Source: Promethearchaeota archaeon
GTDB taxonomy: Archaea; Asgardarchaeota; Lokiarchaeia; Sigyniarchaeales; SOKP01
DNA length: 22,861 nucleotides
Assembly (NCBI GenBank): GCA_048939995.1
Contig: JBHLOY010000024.1
Span: 1-22,861 of the forward strand
Reading direction: 5' to 3'
Positions 18,211 to 22,861 of this stretch are shown piece after piece. The position numbers and the translations under genes are program-made. The stretch's first letter is position 1. Each line of letters opens with the position of its first letter. The notes under the pieces are model-generated. The model was not told the DNA's origin. It ran no database searches and saw nothing but the letters and a program-made list of their open reading frames with translations.

Positions 18211-19269
18211 ATGTCAGAATTATATAGTAAAGAAAAAAAGCAAATTTGGAGAATAAGATTTAGGTTTTTATTCTTAGAGGTATTTTTTGCTTTTATTTTG
18301 ATATTTTTATTTTTAGCAGTTCTTCGTTATCTTATTTTTCCATTATTTGAAGATTTACTAATGTTTGGTGTATTATATTACATCATAAGAGCTATCGTAA
18401 TCTTCCTTATAATTCTATTTGTTTTATGGATTCAAGGGAAATTCATTACAGAAGGTAGTGAAAAGATAGAATTTACCCCAATGGAAGGTCAATTAAGACT
18501 GTATAAGATAACACGAAAGAATTTTAAATATCAAATTCTTTATGGATTTCTCCTCTTCTTTTTAGTTCTGGTACCTATAGAATTTATTACTTTCTACTTT
18601 ATGCCAGATTTGGTAGGGTATCAACTCGAATTCTTAGTATATGATCCATTTAATCTTTATTTATCTGAACCAAATTATCCACTATTTTTGCTTTATCTAA
18701 TTATTGTACAAATCTCAATTGCTTTTGCTCAAGAGACAATATATAGAGGACTGCTAGCTAAAAGGGGTAGTGATCACTTCTTTGAGATGTCTGCTGTAAT
18801 AATTTCCTCTCTTTCTTTTGGTTTGAAATCACTTATATTTTATTTCGATCCTATAAGTTCCTCCTTTTCTCCATTGACTCCAATCATTTGGCTAATTGAA
18901 TCCTTTATAATTGGAATAGTACTATCTATAGTCACTATTAGAAGAAAATGGTTATTACCTGCGATTATCGCGATCTTACTAAATAATATTCTCTTTTATC
19001 ATTTAATTTGGAACATATTACATGGGATAACATCCTACGTCTTATTATTATACCTATACCTTCCCTTATTAATTGGGAGCGTTATCTTATTTATTTGGCA
19101 ATATCCAAGAATACGAGAAAGTTTATCAATTGGAATAGGAACTCTCAAAACTTACTTGAAAAAAGAGGATAAAAAGGAAAAAACTACAACAGACAAAATT
19201 TTTCGATATCAAATTGACATTATTGTAGCAATAATCATTTTCCTTTTAGGCTTTATAATTTTAATTTAA
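18211..19269 (+). CDS. CPBP (Rce1/CAAX protease/Abi) family polytopic membrane protein with a degenerate active site
   Basis: About 9 TM segments. AQETIYRG, IISSLSFGLKS and LLPAIIAILLNN align to the EExxxR, FxxxH and HxxxN motifs. Confidence 0.78.
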   Translation: MSELYSKEKKQIWRIRFRFLFLEVFFAFILIFLFLAVLRYLIFPLFEDLLMFGVLYYIIRAIVIFLIILFVLWIQGKFITEGSEKIEFTPMEGQLRLYKITRKNFKYQILYGFLLFFLVLVPIEFITFYFMPDLVGYQLEFLVYDPFNLYLSEPNYPLFLLYLIIVQISIAFAQETIYRGLLAKRGSDHFFEMSAVIISSLSFGLKSLIFYFDPISSSFSPLTPIIWLIESFIIGIVLSIVTIRRKWLLPAIIAILLNNILFYHLIWNILHGITSYVLLLYLYLPLLIGSVILFIWQYPRIRESLSIGIGTLKTYLKKEDKKEKTTTDKIFRYQIDIIVAIIIFLLGFIILI

Positions 19270-19284
19270 TTAATAATTCAAATA

Positions 19285-20436
19285 ATGGTAAATAAGATGA
19301 CAGAAAATTTAAATGAAAGATATAAAAGCGCTGCAGAGATAATAAATAGAGCTGGTGAATTTGCTTATCCAATAACAAGTACTTTAATTAAAATTTTAAA
19401 GTATAATATTAATGAAGAAGATTTGGATATAATCTTCGGCTTTGCTAAACAGATTTCTCAAACGATGGATCAATTAAAAGAAAGTACTGAACTACGAGAA
19501 GATCAAATTCTAAAGAAAGTTGACTCTCTTGCGAAAAAGGGAGTAATTTTTAACCAACCTAATCGCCAAGGAGTAATGGTTTATAGATTATTACCCGTGG
19601 CTAGGCAATTCGAATATACATTCATGAAAACCTTAGACGATTCTGAGAAGTTTCGTACCCTAGCAGAACTATACCACAAACTCGATAAGGAAATTGAAGA
19701 ATTTATTCAATCTAATTATGATCAAGTTATTTCGACTCTAGATAAAAGATTACCAATCGATCGCACAGTATTAACTAGTTTTATTAATAAGGACACGGGG
19801 AAAGAGATTGAAATTGTAATTGATAAAAAAGTTGAAGTTCCGACTCAAGTTATCATACCTTCACAAAAAGTCGAAGAGATAATAAATAAATTCGAAGATA
19901 TAGCCGTTGGAAATTGTTTCTGCCGTCAACATAAAGATTTATTAGGAGATCATTGTAAACAAACAAACATTCGGGAAAATTGCTTTACATTGGGAAAATC
20001 TGCACGACATACTTCCGCACAAGGATTTTCTAGGTTAATTTCTAAAGAAGAAGCCCTAAAAATTTTAAAAGCTACAAAAGAAGATGGTTTAGTTCATAAA
20101 GCTTATCATCTTCATTCTGATATCACAAAAGAAGAAGTCGCGATTTGCAATTGTTGTTCTTGTTGTTGTTTAAATAGTCGAGATTTAATGGTTGGTCCCG
20201 TTGTTAATGCTAACAACTACTTAGCTGAAGTAAAAGAAGATAAATGCATTGGATGTGGAAATTGTATTGATATTTGCCATAATAACGCAATATCATTAAA
20301 TGACGATAATATAGCAGAAGTAGATGAGGAATATTGTATAGGATGTGGATTATGTGCCTATTTTTGCCCCGAGAATGCAATTTCTATGATAGAAGGTTTA
20401 AGATTCATTCGGATGATTCCTCCCCGTAAGAATTGA
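19285..20436 (+). CDS. Cys-rich Fe-S protein with an N-terminal HTH-like region and a C-terminal 2x[4Fe-4S] ferredoxin domain
   Basis: CFCR...C...C, ICNCCSCCC, CIGCGNCIDIC, CIGCGLCAYFCP. Confidence 0.85.
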   Translation: MVNKMTENLNERYKSAAEIINRAGEFAYPITSTLIKILKYNINEEDLDIIFGFAKQISQTMDQLKESTELREDQILKKVDSLAKKGVIFNQPNRQGVMVYRLLPVARQFEYTFMKTLDDSEKFRTLAELYHKLDKEIEEFIQSNYDQVISTLDKRLPIDRTVLTSFINKDTGKEIEIVIDKKVEVPTQVIIPSQKVEEIINKFEDIAVGNCFCRQHKDLLGDHCKQTNIRENCFTLGKSARHTSAQGFSRLISKEEALKILKATKEDGLVHKAYHLHSDITKEEVAICNCCSCCCLNSRDLMVGPVVNANNYLAEVKEDKCIGCGNCIDICHNNAISLNDDNIAEVDEEYCIGCGLCAYFCPENAISMIEGLRFIRMIPPRKN

Positions 20437-20448
20437 GATACTTTTCAT

Positions 20449-20463
20449 AAAAAAAAGAAAAAA
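20449..20463 (-). terminator. Oligo-T tract on the minus strand after the hydratase-2 gene
   Basis: A8-G-A6 on the plus strand, between convergent stop codons. Confidence 0.45.
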
Positions 20464-20466
20464 TAA

Positions 20467-21327
20467 TTAATTTACTACTACATAAGCATTACCTAATACT
20501 ATTCCTCCTCGCTCAGTTCGTACTTGAATAATATAACGTCCATTAAGTTTCCATCCTTCTGTAGTTAAGGTTTCTCCTGGATAAACCTCGCTAGTAAATC
20601 TTGCTTTAAATTCTTTAAATCGCTCCAAATTTCCATTACAAGCTCCATAAATAATTGCACGAGTAGCAAAACCATATGTACATAATCCATGGAGGATAGG
20701 ACCTTTAAATCTGCCACTTCTACTAGCAAATTCAGGATCTATATGCAATGGATTTAAATCTCCGGTAAGTCTATACAATGCTGCTTGATTTTCCTGAGTT
20801 TTATAGGATATGGTGAAATCTGGTCTTGTATTTTCGGGAGGTTTTAATGGTTCTGTTTTAGGTCCTGATTCTCCACCGAATCCACCGCCCCCAAGATAAA
20901 AAAATACATATTTTGTATCAAATATAGGTTCACTTTCTTTGCTCTGACCAGAAACTTTCATATGAATAACCGCAGCATTTCCCTTATCAAAGATATTTTC
21001 AACTTCTGCTTGGCATAGTATCTCACCAGAAGGAGAAAAATGTTTATAGATTTTAATTGATTGCTCCCCGTGCACAAAGTGGGAGAAATCTATTTTGCCA
21101 AGCTTCTGCAGCTGGAGAGCTGCTCCTGCAACTATACAAGCATAACTAGGGAAAACCTTCAATTTATCAGTGAAATTCTCATATAAAAATTGTAGCTCAT
21201 CAATTTTGGCTCCAATACCTAAAGCATAAAGCACAACATCTTTCCAATTATATTTAAAAAGAACTTCAGGAAATTTTTTTCCTATCACATCCAGATTTAA
21301 TCCAGACAATATTTCTTCATTCCTCAT
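20467..21327 (-). CDS. (R)-specific enoyl-CoA hydratase 2 (MaoC double hot-dog, like the MFE-2 hydratase domain)
   Basis: LYALGIGA, VHGEQ, hydratase-2 motif YRLTGDLNPLHIDP, PILHGLCTYG, VYPGETL. Confidence 0.9.
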   Translation of the reverse strand: MRNEEILSGLNLDVIGKKFPEVLFKYNWKDVVLYALGIGAKIDELQFLYENFTDKLKVFPSYACIVAGAALQLQKLGKIDFSHFVHGEQSIKIYKHFSPSGEILCQAEVENIFDKGNAAVIHMKVSGQSKESEPIFDTKYVFFYLGGGGFGGESGPKTEPLKPPENTRPDFTISYKTQENQAALYRLTGDLNPLHIDPEFASRSGRFKGPILHGLCTYGFATRAIIYGACNGNLERFKEFKARFTSEVYPGETLTTEGWKLNGRYIIQVRTERGGIVLGNAYVVVN

Positions 21328-21420
21328 AAAATTATGATTTTTAATATTAGATCTTTCTTGACAGTTAATAATTATATGTTTTATTATTAGATAGTAAAAC
21401 GAGTTAATTTACTACTGAGT

Positions 21421-22701
21421 TTACGCATCTAGATTTTCAATCACAGTTGCTATTCCCTGTCCTCCTCCCACGCAAGCATTAGCTACACCAAATTTTGCTT
21501 TTTTATCTTTTAATATACGTGCTAGTGTCCCAGTAAGACGTATCGCTGTTGATCCTAATGGGTGTCCAATCGCGGTTGATCCTCCCATTATATTGACCTT
21601 CTCTTCGGGTATATTGAATTTATCCATACAATTTAAAGCAACAATACAAAAAGCCTCATTTATTTCCCAGTAATCAATGTCATCTGCTTTTAATCCTGCA
21701 TATTCTAATGCTTTTTGTGTAGCAGGAACTGGACCCCGTCCCATCACTCTTGGATCTACTCCTGCCCAACCAATTGATACAATCCGTGCCATTGGTTCTA
21801 ATCCTCTCTTTTTTGCTCCTTCAGCCTCCATTAGGACTGCTGCTGTAGCTCCTGCATTCAAAGGAGATGAATTTCCTGCCGTTATTACTCCCTCATCAGT
21901 TCCCTCTCTCTCAATATATCCTTGTTTTCCACCATTTTTTTCTAAATAGAATGGTGTAGATATTCTTCTTAATCCCGCAACACCTTCCAAAGTAGATTTT
22001 CTTGCCGCCATATCTCTATCAACTATCATTGCTTCATCCTTATTGCCCTCCACATGGCCCATTATTGGAATTATTTCACCTTTAAACCATCCAGCTTCTT
22101 GATATTTAACTGTCAGGTTATGACTTCTAACTCCAAACTGATCTAAATCTTCTTTTGTAAATCGTGGTACTTCTTCCTCATATAATCTCTGAGCAGTTTG
22201 TAACATATTAGTAGAATTCATAATATCAATATCGGGATTATAAAATCTACTATTCGTATCAGTGAATCGCTTCCATTCAGGTTCAATTCCTATTCTCCGA
22301 ACTCTTGTCATATGTTCAAAACCAGTTGCTAATACCCTTGTACTATTACCAGTCATAATATGCATTATCAATGCATGCATTCCAGCGCCTGCTGAACCAC
22401 ATTGCTTATCTATCATAAATGAAGACACTTCGTTTGGAAATCCTGATAAAAAGAGGGGAATTTTCCCACCGTATGTCCAATTTTCCAGCACCCCTGAAGC
22501 AATGCCAATAGAAACCTCCTCAATATCTTTTTTTGTAATTCCTTTTTCAGCTAGGCTTCCATCAAAAAAATTTATGAGAAGATTAGCAAGTAACTCATCA
22601 CCACGAATTTCACCAAATACATCCCTTTCAGGTTGCTCTGGTCTGGAACGTGAAAATGCGGTTCGAGCGTAATCAATTAACCAGACTTCTTTTAAATTCA
22701 T
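21421..22701 (-). CDS. Thiolase (acetyl-CoA C-acyltransferase)
   Basis: KQCGSA nucleophile, TAGNSSPLNAGA, EINEAF, GHPLG, CVGGGQG. ATG at 22701 with GAGTGA upstream is preferred over 22749. Confidence 0.93.
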   Translation of the reverse strand: MNLKEVWLIDYARTAFSRSRPEQPERDVFGEIRGDELLANLLINFFDGSLAEKGITKKDIEEVSIGIASGVLENWTYGGKIPLFLSGFPNEVSSFMIDKQCGSAGAGMHALIMHIMTGNSTRVLATGFEHMTRVRRIGIEPEWKRFTDTNSRFYNPDIDIMNSTNMLQTAQRLYEEEVPRFTKEDLDQFGVRSHNLTVKYQEAGWFKGEIIPIMGHVEGNKDEAMIVDRDMAARKSTLEGVAGLRRISTPFYLEKNGGKQGYIEREGTDEGVITAGNSSPLNAGATAAVLMEAEGAKKRGLEPMARIVSIGWAGVDPRVMGRGPVPATQKALEYAGLKADDIDYWEINEAFCIVALNCMDKFNIPEEKVNIMGGSTAIGHPLGSTAIRLTGTLARILKDKKAKFGVANACVGGGQGIATVIENLDA

Positions 22702-22793
22702 TCTATTTTCACTCTTGTTTATAACATTTTTTATTGTAGAAAATTTCATTTATTATAAAATTTATTGAGTTGACAAAATTGGAGTAAGACTAT

Positions 22794-22861
22794 TTAAGCC
22801 TTTCTAAACAAGTAAATCGCCCACCCAATCGCTTCCCGCTCCCACTTCAGATATAGGTTTT
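22794..22861 (-). other. GC-richer terminal segment, possibly the 3' end of a minus-strand CDS
   Basis: Two minus frames are open from the edge: KPISEVGAGSDWVGDLLV* (stop at 22804) and NLYLKWEREAIGWAIYLFRKA* (stop at 22794). Confidence 0.3.

Noticed and set aside
20434-20466. Selenocysteine read-through of the TGA ending the Fe-S gene
   Set aside because: The TGA is not at a Cys-motif position, and read-through gives only a short Lys-rich tail into the convergent terminator.
2853-22672. Short shadow ORFs (2853, 5534, 5541, 5979, 6539, 7447, 10884, 16052, 17078, 17535, 21677, 22262)
   Set aside because: All are antisense to well-supported genes and show no recognisable motifs.
22819-22861. 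5S rRNA or tRNA start (GCCCACCC)
   Set aside because: The following bases do not fit 5S helix II or a tRNA D-arm pattern.
1-22861. CRISPR arrays, IS elements, integrases, tandem repeats
   Set aside because: No regularly spaced repeats, terminal inverted repeats or transposase/integrase motifs were seen by eye.

Overview
AT-rich, gene-dense archaeal window, most likely from an Asgard archaeon (Lokiarchaeia/Promethearchaeota-like). This assignment is inferred from a Rab-like GTPase with a WDxGGEERF switch II, HEAT and HEAT+LRR proteins, a TrmB-like regulator, and archaeal TATA, GGTGA and T-tract signals. There are about 20 CDS. The window is dominated by acyl-CoA catabolism: a ThDP enzyme resembling ILVBL/HACL2 rather than acetolactate synthase, a Zn-ADH, an acyl-CoA ligase, an IVD/LCAD-type acyl-CoA dehydrogenase, an SDR, an ECI2-like crotonase-fold isomerase, a hydratase-2 (double hot-dog), a thiolase and two 4-hydroxybutyryl-CoA dehydratase homologues, one lacking a catalytic Glu. 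It also carries pyrG with an insertion, a degenerate CPBP/Rce1 protease, an HTH-Fe-S protein and two zinc-ribbon proteins. The main leads are (i) a candidate branched/isoprenoid acyl-chain degradation system built from peroxisome-like enzyme types and (ii) a Rab-like GTPase whose complete N-terminus has no canonical start codon. No rRNA, tRNA, CRISPR or mobile element was recognised. All family calls come from motif recognition by eye, without database searches.
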